This document shows positions 16,601 through 24,212 of a DNA stretch of 32,596 nt, piece by piece. The first letter of the stretch is position 1. Every line of letters starts with the position of its first letter. The notes under the pieces are model-generated. The model had not been told where the DNA came from, did not search any database, and saw only the letters and a program-made list of their open reading frames with translations. The DNA is from an uncultured archaeon (GTDB lineage: Archaea; Asgardarchaeota; Lokiarchaeia; Sigyniarchaeales; SOKP01): assembly GCA_964538145.1 (NCBI GenBank), contig CAZIEC010000003.1, positions 21,368 to 53,963 on the forward strand. Reading direction: 5' to 3'. A program made the translations under genes and the position numbers.

Positions 16601-17713
16601 AAAGGAAATGTTTATTTTAATTGGAGGCAATATGAAAAAGCAATTGAATATTTTCATCAAGCAAGGAAAATTCAAGACCAATTGGATAATCCAAGTGGAT
16701 TGGCAAACATTCTCGAGAAGATTGGGCTATTATATTTTGAAAAACACGAATATGATGACGCAATTAATTATCTTAAGCAAGCATTAGAATTATTCGAAAT
16801 GATCGATAATGTAGAAAGTGTTATTGATTGTAAAATAATTCTTGGTAAAATTCATCAGGAACAATTCCAATATTCTGTTGCTACAAAATACTTTCAAGAG
16901 GCTCTGAAATTAGCTTCAAGTATTAATGATCAAAACCGTAAAGGAACTTCATTATTCAAGATTGCTTCAATATTGCAAGAACAAGGAATATACAAGGATG
17001 CATTGATTCATTATAACAATGCTTATGAAATCTTTGATTCATTAGGGGATATTACGAATAAAACAAATTGTTTAAGTAGAGTAGGATTAATATTTCAAGA
17101 TCAAGGAAAATATACTGAAGCTTTAAGATGGTACGAACGTTCGATGAAATTCTATCAATTTCTTGGAGAATCAAGAGAGATGGAAGAAACTTACTTTAAT
17201 ATGGCAATGATTTATAGAGATCAAGAAAAATATTTCGACTCTTTAAAATTATTTGATAGAGCTCTAAAAATTTCTGAAAAAATTGGCGATTCTAAATTAA
17301 AAGCTGAAATATTGAACATGATTGGATTGATCTATATAAATATAGGAGATTATGAGATAGCAAGAGAAAGATTGGAAAATGCTTTAAAAATTGCTGAAGA
17401 ATTAAATGACCAGGTGAAGATCGCTCAATACAACAGTAATTTGGGGCTAATAGATTTAAATAATGGAGATTATGCTGAAGCTTGGATAAAATTCGAATTG
17501 GCCTTAACTATATATAAAAACCTTAATAATATTGAAGGAATGGCAGATTCGCTTTACAAGCAAGGATTAACTTATTATGAACAAAAGAGTTATATCGAGG
17601 CACTAAATAAACACAAAGAAGCCCTACAAATCTTGGTTAAGAATAAATTTCAAAAACATCCATTAGTGAAAGTACTTAAAAATAATATAAAATTGATTAA
17701 AAGCCGGATATGA
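13655..17713 (+). CDS. SIR2_2-type (sirtuin-like, predicted NAD+-consuming) N-terminal domain fused to a ~1000-aa TPR-like solenoid
   Basis: SIR2_2 landmarks: LVFLIGAGCS (Rossmann GAG, res 27-29), MTTNFDPLIE (N117, nt 14003-14005), GKIHGS (H166, nt 14150-14152), VMGYSGRNDDDI. No P-loop lies between this domain and the repeats. Residues ~336-1335 are 25 consecutive 40-residue TPR-like units. Confidence 0.9.
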   Translation: MQNLETKSINNHLNFLETPESLVFLIGAGCSSIEPSNAPIGRKIIETLIKFFLNKSEVKKILSIENIKLEKTLSVLQEVFDENLKIIEYFNEFTNPNLVHFFIARMLKEGSLVMTTNFDPLIELALLRDGVPKKKIIPLITKRDFDKVKNVENYIKTKRYLIGKIHGSPKNFITGANTKKELVKTIKVLGNAEKNKGLFQLEPFKARFLDSATKERSLIVMGYSGRNDDDIIPTIKALSGLKEIFWINHVEEKKEIEEVIEIRKKNLSQANKLDDIDNILLEIKEFNEKLKIFRVNINILELIKKHVDKEIEIKPDENFIDYETWLTENFNDKIDEKEQLQAAGMIYSKFGQHYDAIRCFDELFNVASEEKDSKWQVIAALNKGLIYAKASDFDNTREWLRRSLELQFKSKLLSERAVIFKELGLLYENKGDLDKALLYLREATKIAEKLNDPSIKAEMLNQLGLIYLKKNEYQRALNIFNLSFKINDKLKNLQEKANNLANMGKVFSEKGNFQKALEFFKEALAINEKIKNKQEVARLKNEIGFVEHLLGNSLTALEECKSSLSICESINDTMGKMKALYNIGRIYMDQWNYLRAHEFFEEAFQLAEESEDKKMQAVLTTQIGLIYKLQDKYLDALEWLTRANNFYKELGDLDSRIEVLKNTCLIYKQQKDYDKALNCFQKILSLLEESKNKNAIIQYLNIIGQIYLEQRMFNKSLEYFQKALEISDDIADLKGMLESIINIGLYYQEQVNYSEALNRYKDALEIANRLKLNNKKAKVLNKMGSIFQDQGEYNKALKNFEEALSLFTQENDFKGRIESLYLIGLNYYYESKYDSAIKNLQTAIQIADQIGDLREKATCLNILGEIFKNQWNFLESLKYYEESLLIAEELNDPQKQLSILKVIGEIYKLQKHYPEALRNFGKALEIAEREGDLMKKSDILNSIGLIYFDEEDLAKALSLFQEALEIDEKLGDLKGKAERLINKGNVYFNWRQYEKAIEYFHQARKIQDQLDNPSGLANILEKIGLLYFEKHEYDDAINYLKQALELFEMIDNVESVIDCKIILGKIHQEQFQYSVATKYFQEALKLASSINDQNRKGTSLFKIASILQEQGIYKDALIHYNNAYEIFDSLGDITNKTNCLSRVGLIFQDQGKYTEALRWYERSMKFYQFLGESREMEETYFNMAMIYRDQEKYFDSLKLFDRALKISEKIGDSKLKAEILNMIGLIYINIGDYEIARERLENALKIAEELNDQVKIAQYNSNLGLIDLNNGDYAEAWIKFELALTIYKNLNNIEGMADSLYKQGLTYYEQKSYIEALNKHKEALQILVKNKFQKHPLVKVLKNNIKLIKSRI
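14660..17659 (+). repeat. 25 x 120-nt (40-aa) in-frame TPR-like repeat array, with no indels between units
   Basis: Consensus by eye is K...LN.IGLIY..QG.Y..AL..F..AL.I.E.LGD... Example units: KAEMLNQLGLIYLKKNEYQRALNIFNLSFKINDKLKNLQE, KANNLANMGKVFSEKGNFQKALEFFKEALAINEKIKNKQE ... MADSLYKQGLTYYEQKSYIEALNKHKEALQILVKNKFQKH. The units are diverged at the DNA level. Confidence 0.85.
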
Positions 17714-17722
17714 TTTTCTTTT

Positions 17723-18556
17723 TTAAGCTGGAATGAGAATTTCTTCAACAATTTTCTTTTTACTCGATATTTTTTTGCTGATGAGTGGAAGTACTTTATC
17801 GTATAAGATGTATAAGTATGGAGCTCCCTGATTAAACAAGAAAAAGACCTCAAATATTAGGAAAAGAAATCCCAATGACCGAATTCCAGCTATGAGGAGG
17901 GGAAATTCCATGAAAAACGACTCTAAGCAGCCAACAAGGAAGACATAAAATAATACTCTAATGTTTTTACTCTTAAACAGGTTTGTTCCATAAATTAAGA
18001 TTAGAATTGAATAACCTATGATAACATTTATCACCCAGACAGTCATCTGAGTTTCCATGTGTCGAACCGTGTAGACAATTGTATCATTTAATGGAATTAG
18101 AAGTGATAAAAATGGAATTAAAAGCCATGAACCAAAAAAGATCAATGTATATTTAATTGTCTCCTTAATTTTTTTACTTTCAAAGTTTTCAAACATTATC
18201 CATAACCAACAAAAAGCAAACATCGAATAGGAGAAACACATCATGAAATCCGCACCAAATTTAATCCAGAAATAATCTCCAAGTGGGTGGGGCATCTTCA
18301 CACCACCAATCCAGTATTCTCTTATTGTTGTGCCAGTAGGATAATTTTTTCCCGCAGGTAAGTTCCACCAAAAAACGGCATCAATAAGATACACGATAAT
18401 TCCTGTAAAAATTCCAAATAAAATTGCATGCCATTTTTTATTTTTAATGAGCATCCCTATCCATATTGTTAGAAAAAAAGCATCAATGTAAATGTAATCA
18501 TATTGAAATCTCCTAGAGACTTCCTTAAATGATTCAAAAAAAGTATCAAATCTCAT
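17723..18556 (-). CDS. Multi-pass membrane protein, unknown family (Trp/Phe-rich, ~7 hydrophobic segments)
   Basis: 277-aa ORF with repeated hydrophobic helices (FFLTIWIGMLI, AILFGIFTGIIVYLIDAVFWW, FMMCFSYSMFAFCWLWIMF, LIFFGSWLLIPFLSLLIPL ...). Its 3' end lies 9 nt from the SIR2-TPR stop (convergent). Confidence 0.7.
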   Translation of the reverse strand: MRFDTFFESFKEVSRRFQYDYIYIDAFFLTIWIGMLIKNKKWHAILFGIFTGIIVYLIDAVFWWNLPAGKNYPTGTTIREYWIGGVKMPHPLGDYFWIKFGADFMMCFSYSMFAFCWLWIMFENFESKKIKETIKYTLIFFGSWLLIPFLSLLIPLNDTIVYTVRHMETQMTVWVINVIIGYSILILIYGTNLFKSKNIRVLFYVFLVGCLESFFMEFPLLIAGIRSLGFLFLIFEVFFLFNQGAPYLYILYDKVLPLISKKISSKKKIVEEILIPA

Positions 18557-18669
18557 GATAATTTCAATATTTAATGTTTATGATCAAATTACTCCTTATA
18601 AATTTAAAAATTTTAAAAAAAAAAATGCAATTCTTAATATTTTTAAAGTTAGCATTAAATCACTTGAAA

Positions 18670-19332
18670 TCATTTCTTCTCATTAATATATTGTAATATA
18701 TAATTTTTTACGCGCTCTTTTGGCTGATATATCCCAAAATGCCCTTCACAGAGAATATCTGCCTCTAGTTCAAGTAATTTTTTTAGAGAATTTTGATAAT
18801 CCTCAAAATTAGACACACCAGGAATTATTGGGCCATGCAAATCCTGACCAAATAATATCTTAATGTTTGGATTGGTCAATTCAAGTAAAATTGCAATTGA
18901 ACCTGGAGTATGACCAGGTATGTGAATGCATTGAAAATCAAGATCTCCAAACCTTAATACTTCGATATCTCCTGTTAAATATTTGTCTAATTTTATTGGT
19001 TTATAAGTCACGCCATACCATCCTGCTGCAGTTTTATCATCGTGTCCTTCTTCTTCAATCGCTTCAGCATCTAATTCATGAGCATAAAACTTAACTTTTT
19101 TATTGAATTTCTTCAGTTTGGCACATGCAGCAATGTGATCTATGTGAAAATGAGTCAAAATGCAATGTTTTATGTCTAATGGATCTAAGCCTATTTCATT
19201 AATATCCTTGATCAAACTTAAAGACATTCCACAATCAATAAGAACCAAGCCATCTTCGCTTCTGGTGTCAACCAAATAAACAGAACATCCAGAATCACCT
19301 AAATGAAAGATATTTTTAACTATTTCTCTCAT
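18670..19332 (-). CDS. Metallo-beta-lactamase-fold hydrolase
   Basis: HxHxDH motif (THFHIDHIA), HIPGHTPGS, GQDLHGP, CEGHFG. Confidence 0.9.
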   Translation of the reverse strand: MREIVKNIFHLGDSGCSVYLVDTRSEDGLVLIDCGMSLSLIKDINEIGLDPLDIKHCILTHFHIDHIAACAKLKKFNKKVKFYAHELDAEAIEEEGHDDKTAAGWYGVTYKPIKLDKYLTGDIEVLRFGDLDFQCIHIPGHTPGSIAILLELTNPNIKILFGQDLHGPIIPGVSNFEDYQNSLKKLLELEADILCEGHFGIYQPKERVKNYILQYINEKK

Positions 19333-19382
19333 AATTTCCAGTATTTATTTTTAATTAAAATAAAATACATGCATCAAATAAT

Positions 19383-20168
19383 TCAAGTAGCATAGAACTT
19401 TTTATATAGAAGAATCGTAGTTACAGTACCAATCCCTATTGAGAATAAAACATCAGAAGCATAATGAGCTCCAACAACGACTCTCGAGAAAGCAACGAAA
19501 AGTGCCCAACCAATAACCAAGAGATATGTTAGTATTTTTATGGGATCTGAGTTCTTTCGATCTTTTACAAGGATAAGTAATGGTAAAAACATTATTCCCA
19601 TTGCAGCATGACCACTAGGAAAACTATGATTTCCAGTAATTCCATTCGGGATAAACCAAGGTGTAAAGTTGCTATAATCAACTGCCAAATCTCTAAATCT
19701 AACTCTGCCCCATAGAACTTTTATAACTTGTACAATAATTAATGGATTAATTACAGCAAGAAGGGATATCACGGAAGCAATTTTTTTATAATTCTTCCAA
19801 TCTTTATTCCAAGTATAAATGATATAGGCTAATAATGAAACTACTAATGTCCAACCTAATGCTTGATCACTTACATCATCTCCCCATGTGAGAATGATAA
19901 TTAAAATTCCAACAAATACACCAATAAACCCAAGAATTTTTTGTTTTTTAACGTCCTTGATATAACTACCAAAAAATGTAGCCAAAGCAATAGCAATTAA
20001 TCCATAGCCAGGAGCTTCGCCATAATCTGCTCCAAAATTTCCCCAAGTGGATGCTGAATCGACAACAGCAATTGATATGTTTAAATCAGTAAAGCCAAAT
20101 ATTATTGCCAAGACTGCCCAAAAAACTATTACTATTAAAAGACATGTATTTATTTTTGAAAATTTCAT
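19383..20168 (-). CDS. PAP2-family (type 2 phosphatidic acid / lipid phosphate) phosphatase, integral membrane
   Basis: PAP2 motifs KVLWGRVRF (K-x6-R), FPSGHAA (PSGH) and SRVVVGAHYASD (SR-x5-H-x3-D), plus multiple TM helices. Confidence 0.9.
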   Translation of the reverse strand: MKFSKINTCLLIVIVFWAVLAIIFGFTDLNISIAVVDSASTWGNFGADYGEAPGYGLIAIALATFFGSYIKDVKKQKILGFIGVFVGILIIILTWGDDVSDQALGWTLVVSLLAYIIYTWNKDWKNYKKIASVISLLAVINPLIIVQVIKVLWGRVRFRDLAVDYSNFTPWFIPNGITGNHSFPSGHAAMGIMFLPLLILVKDRKNSDPIKILTYLLVIGWALFVAFSRVVVGAHYASDVLFSIGIGTVTTILLYKKFYAT

Positions 20169-20209
20169 AATAAATTATTCATTATTTTTTTTATTTATAG
20201 GTTTACTTG

Positions 20210-20947
20210 TTAAGGAAAAATTTGGTCTCTTAAATTTATAAGGATATCGGGATAATCTGTATAAAGTGCCTTGACATATTTTCCTTTATAATTTAAATTT
20301 AATATTCTTTTCATTATAATTTTTGAATCCACGTTCCAAACATAACAATTAAACCCATTATCAATAATAGTCTTAAAATTGTTTAATTTCGCCCGATTGG
20401 ACCTTAGGTTTATTGTTTTTACACGAATCTCTTTAAGTTTAGTAAAATTGGTATTTTCTGGAGAAATATTTACTATATTATGAGGTAAAGTCAATATTAA
20501 TTTAACAGATTTATCAAATTTTCTCAGTCTATTTAAAACGTGAATTCGTGTATCTGTTATTTCAATTATTTCAAGCAATCCATATTGTTTGCTTGTTTCT
20601 ATTAAAGCTTGCCCAACTTTATAGTCACTTATATCAAAACTATACCTTAAAGATTTTGGACCATCCAAAAAGGTTTCAAATAATTCTTTTAATTGAGGTA
20701 TTCTTCTCTTATCTTTGAATTCAATTGCTCTTAATTCCTTTAAAGTTAGACTCTTGATGCTATACCATCTTGAGTTGTTCCTAAAAGCAGGATCATGAAA
20801 TATAACAATTTCATTATCCTTGGTTCTCTGGAGATCCGCTTCTATTCCTGCGCCCATTTCCACGGCTTTTCTAAAACAATCTATTGTATTTTCTATACAA
20901 TAGCCCATTGCTCCGCGATGTCCAAAAACATAAGGTTTAATCGTCAT
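20210..20947 (-). CDS. Glycerophosphodiester phosphodiesterase (GDPD family)
   Basis: VFGHRGAMGYCIENTIDCFRKAVEMGAGIEADLQRTKDNEIVIFHD matches the HR(G)...EN(T)...E.D...HD GDPD signature. Confidence 0.9.
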   Translation of the reverse strand: MTIKPYVFGHRGAMGYCIENTIDCFRKAVEMGAGIEADLQRTKDNEIVIFHDPAFRNNSRWYSIKSLTLKELRAIEFKDKRRIPQLKELFETFLDGPKSLRYSFDISDYKVGQALIETSKQYGLLEIIEITDTRIHVLNRLRKFDKSVKLILTLPHNIVNISPENTNFTKLKEIRVKTINLRSNRAKLNNFKTIIDNGFNCYVWNVDSKIIMKRILNLNYKGKYVKALYTDYPDILINLRDQIFP

Positions 20948-21050
20948 GATTCTAAAGGTTCTTTAGGGTTTTTATATTTTAAATCAAAAAATATAATTTT
21001 TATTTAAGCTTAAATTAATATTCTTACTTAAAATTTCTTAAATGTGAATC

Positions 21051-21881
21051 ATGATGGAAGATTCTGAAGATAAAAATTTTAAATCAGATAAATTTTCAAA
21101 GAAAGTTATCAGATATTTTAAGAATTTATTTAATTTTTCACAATTTGATGTTAAAACGATCATTTACATCATTATCTTTATTATTTTGATTGGTTTGTCG
21201 TTATTATTGCTTTATTACATTTATTTTGTTGATAAGACTTTTTTGTATAGATTAATTGTAGATTGGTTCGTTAATCCAATATTCAATTTGGGATTCATAG
21301 GAATTTTGCTTTTCTTAATAATCATGGGTGTTCAAGGTTTATTAGTACCAATTCCATCAGAAATCATCTTATTAGCAACTGGTATAATTTGGGGTTTTAT
21401 AGGTGGAGGAATAATGGGTATAACAGGATCCATGTGTGCTGCAATGCTTTGCTTTTACATCAGTAAAAAAGGAGGAAGACCACTTGTTAAAAAATTTATT
21501 GGAGAAAAAGCAATTGATATGGCTGATAATTTCATACGAAAGTATGGAATGGGGGCCATTTTAATTGCCAGATTTTTACCATTTGTAGCTTTTGATCCTA
21601 TCTCATACGTGTCTGGGTTAGTCGATATTGATGTTAAAAAATATGCTTTGGGTACTTTAATTGGTTCAATTCCAAGAGCATTTTTTTATTCATTTTTAGG
21701 TGCAATTCTTGGAATAACCCCGCCAATAGATTTTTCAACATTACCATTAGAACAAGTGGAAGCACAAGCAACAATGTTCAATAATATTCTATTAATCATC
21801 TTGGCAGTACTCTTGGTGTTATTTATTATCTATTATTCTACGACGAAAATAATCGCTAGCAAGCAAGAAAAATCTAATTAA
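21051..21881 (+). CDS. DedA / TVP38-TMEM64 (SNARE-associated) family membrane protein
   Basis: Characteristic VPIPSEIILLATGIIWGFIGGGIMGITGSMCAAMLCFYISKKGGRPLVKKF, then ARFLPFVAFDPISYVSGL; ~6 TM segments. Confidence 0.8.
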   Translation: MMEDSEDKNFKSDKFSKKVIRYFKNLFNFSQFDVKTIIYIIIFIILIGLSLLLLYYIYFVDKTFLYRLIVDWFVNPIFNLGFIGILLFLIIMGVQGLLVPIPSEIILLATGIIWGFIGGGIMGITGSMCAAMLCFYISKKGGRPLVKKFIGEKAIDMADNFIRKYGMGAILIARFLPFVAFDPISYVSGLVDIDVKKYALGTLIGSIPRAFFYSFLGAILGITPPIDFSTLPLEQVEAQATMFNNILLIILAVLLVLFIIYYSTTKIIASKQEKSN

Positions 21882-21987
21882 CTACCTAAAAAATTTTTAT
21901 AGTGAAAAACAAATCTTTATTTAATTAATTAATTAATTTTTCTAAGATCTTTTTATTTTTAAATAAAAAAGTCATGGTGGAAATTAC

Positions 21988-22422
21988 ATGAAAAAACAAT
22001 TTTTGAAAAAAATAATTAATTTGAATATTTTCTTGAATATAACGGGAATTTCATTTGGAATCCTATATTTTATTTTTAGAGCAAGGTCCCTCTTATTCGA
22101 CGCATTATCAATTTTAACAATTCTTGCTTGGTTAATAAACTTGTATTTAACGGTAGTTCCGGTTAAACACTTAAAAAAATCACATGTTCAAGGAAAAAAA
22201 ATTAATCGCATGACTTATTACTACTTAATAACTTTTATTATAGGAATATTAGCATTGACTCTGGGAACAACTTTCGCGGCATTTATCCTACAAGGAATAT
22301 TACTGACGTTTCTTGAACTCTTAATCATTCTTGGTTATTTTATTATTTTGATTTATGGACTATGCTTAACATTGCGAATATTTCAAACAATTGATGATGA
22401 GGGGGTGTGGATGCTTGAGTAG
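21988..22422 (+). CDS. Small 4-TM membrane protein, unknown function
   Basis: GGTGG SD-like element 8 nt upstream of the ATG. Four hydrophobic helices. Confidence 0.6.
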   Translation: MKKQFLKKIINLNIFLNITGISFGILYFIFRARSLLFDALSILTILAWLINLYLTVVPVKHLKKSHVQGKKINRMTYYYLITFIIGILALTLGTTFAAFILQGILLTFLELLIILGYFIILIYGLCLTLRIFQTIDDEGVWMLE

Positions 22423-23707
22423 ATTCAACAAAATAAAAATAATTAAAATAATATTGGAGATCTTGTGTTATCTGACTTTCCTTATAGGAATTTTTTTTAC
22501 AATAACATTGCTTTTCCCCATTAAGAACAAGTTAATGTCCAATTTCTCATTTTTCATTACTCAGATATCAGGTTTCTTGATGTTTCTTTATATCCCTGCT
22601 TTAATACTTCTATTAAAACTTAAAATAAGAAAACATTCGAGAAAAAAATGGAAAAAAGCAATTATATTAGCAATTGGCACCTTCCTTGTTGTATCAAACG
22701 CTTTACCTTTAATTTCTACGCCGATCTCCGTGCAAATTGCTGAAAATGAATTCAATCATGCTTATGGGAGTAATTGGCGTTCAAAAATTCCTTCAAGAAT
22801 AGAATCTTATTTTTTGCCATCTCAATTTAACCTATATAACTACTTTTTAGGTTTTCCTCATGCTGATTGCAATGTAGAAACCGACATTCTTTATTATGGC
22901 TCTGAGAATATAAGGCTTTATTTTGATGTATATTATCCAAAAGGAGATGGAAGCCAATTACCTGGAAATAACAGTATCATCATTAAAATACATGGTGGAA
23001 GTTGGCAATTCGGTGATAAAAGCCTTGGGAATGTACTCCTTTTAAATAAATATTTGGCATCTCAAGGATATGTGGTTTTTGATATTCAATATGGATTACT
23101 CGATGCTGGTGGCAGTTCTTTTATACCTACTCCAGATTACGTGAAAGGCAATTTCACGCTGCATGATATGGTGCGCCAAATAGGAAATTTTACTAAACAA
23201 TTAGCAAGTAATTTTGCATCTAGATATAACGGAAATATTAAGTCAGTTTTCATAATGGGCGGTTCAGCTGGAGCCCATCTCACTGCTGTAATTGGTTTAG
23301 GTTATAATGATCCTTATTTTGCGGGAAATTTCAGTAATGCCTTAAAAATAAAGGGAATAATCCCCATATATCCGCCTAATTTTGCAGAATATTATTTTGT
23401 CAAGGAGCCTTTATCTAGATTAATTCCAGGAGATCCCACTACAAATCCATTAGCATTCAAGAAATTTACTCCAAGCAATTTAGTGGACCCTAATGATCCT
23501 CCAGCAATTATATATCAAGGTTTAAGAGATGATTTAGTGCCACTTATAAATGCAAAAACCATAGAACAATCCTTAGAGAGCAATGGAGTCAAGTGTATGC
23601 TATTAGAATTTCCATTTGCTGCTCATGCCAGTGATCTGATAATTGGTAATAGTTTTTCACAAGTTTGGATTTACTACTTGGAAAGATTCTTATATCTGGA
23701 AAGATAA
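22391..23707 (+). CDS. Membrane-anchored alpha/beta hydrolase (esterase/lipase, Abhydrolase_3-like)
   Basis: N-terminal ~100 aa with 3 TM helices. Oxyanion motif IKIHGGSWQFGDK; nucleophile elbow FIMGGSAGAHL (GxSxG); later GLRDDLVP and FAAHASD. The track start is TTG at 22391; the ATGs at 22394/22397 are equally possible. It overlaps the upstream ORF by ~30 nt in another frame. Confidence 0.8.
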   Translation: MMMRGCGCLSRFNKIKIIKIILEILCYLTFLIGIFFTITLLFPIKNKLMSNFSFFITQISGFLMFLYIPALILLLKLKIRKHSRKKWKKAIILAIGTFLVVSNALPLISTPISVQIAENEFNHAYGSNWRSKIPSRIESYFLPSQFNLYNYFLGFPHADCNVETDILYYGSENIRLYFDVYYPKGDGSQLPGNNSIIIKIHGGSWQFGDKSLGNVLLLNKYLASQGYVVFDIQYGLLDAGGSSFIPTPDYVKGNFTLHDMVRQIGNFTKQLASNFASRYNGNIKSVFIMGGSAGAHLTAVIGLGYNDPYFAGNFSNALKIKGIIPIYPPNFAEYYFVKEPLSRLIPGDPTTNPLAFKKFTPSNLVDPNDPPAIIYQGLRDDLVPLINAKTIEQSLESNGVKCMLLEFPFAAHASDLIIGNSFSQVWIYYLERFLYLER

Positions 23708-23837
23708 TTCATTTCATATTTTTTTATTTAATAATTTAACATTTAATTTTTGTTAACAAAAAATATATATTTCTAAACTCCATATGAATCTTAAGTAAGT
23801 TATGATAAAATTTTTTAAATGTTAAAAGGGTTTCTAA

Positions 23838-24098
23838 TTGCGATTGTTTGGAGATTTTGATAAAATATTGGAAGATTGCTTTATTGAGGATTTAAACTGG
23901 CTTAAAGAAGAATTTGATTATCTCTTCAGATTCAAGCGAGAGCGCTTCTCAAAAAACGATATTAAATTAGCAAAACAAATCATAGATTACATGATCAAAA
24001 ATTATAGCGGAAATCTTAATGAAAGATTAGGTGATCTTTTAACAGACGTATTGGAAACTTTAGAACACTTCTATCCGGGTCTTATTTATAACAAGTAA
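23838..24098 (+). CDS. Small helical hypothetical protein (86 aa)
   Basis: TTG start with a weak AAGGGT upstream. All-helical-looking sequence, no family recognised. Could be non-coding. Confidence 0.35.
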   Translation: MRLFGDFDKILEDCFIEDLNWLKEEFDYLFRFKRERFSKNDIKLAKQIIDYMIKNYSGNLNERLGDLLTDVLETLEHFYPGLIYNK

Positions 24099-24212
24099 TT
24101 TAATCTTATTATTTTTTAAATTCGAAATTCCAGATATCATAATTATATTTATATTCTGGTTTCCTATTTTTTTATAAAGGTCATTTATAAAAAAATTATT
24201 TTTTAAAGGTTT

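Noticed and set aside
14660-17659. Strict 120-nt periodicity that could be mistaken for a repeat-spacer (CRISPR-like) array
   Set aside because: The periodicity is at the protein level, inside one continuous reading frame (TPR-like units). There are no conserved direct DNA repeats separated by unique spacers.
13630-17853. Minus-strand ORFs 13630..14064, 14713..14958, 15792..16043, 16254..16481 and 17650..17853 opposite the SIR2-TPR gene
   Set aside because: All are embedded antisense in a 1352-codon ORF with clear domain motifs and a periodic repeat structure. They are typical shadow ORFs.
4673-21007. Other short antisense ORFs (4673..4873, 11894..12112, 12957..13220, 18867..19094, 20047..20241, 20795..21007)
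   Set aside because: Each lies largely or entirely inside, or straddles the end of, a longer opposite-strand gene with recognisable family motifs. None has an SD or an independent signal.
22391-22422. ~30-nt overlap between the 4-TM ORF and the esterase ORF, considered as a frameshifted single gene or pseudogene
   Set aside because: Each ORF has its own TM topology and plausible starts (ATG at 22394/22397). Short out-of-frame overlaps are common in compact operons, and there is no homopolymer at the junction.
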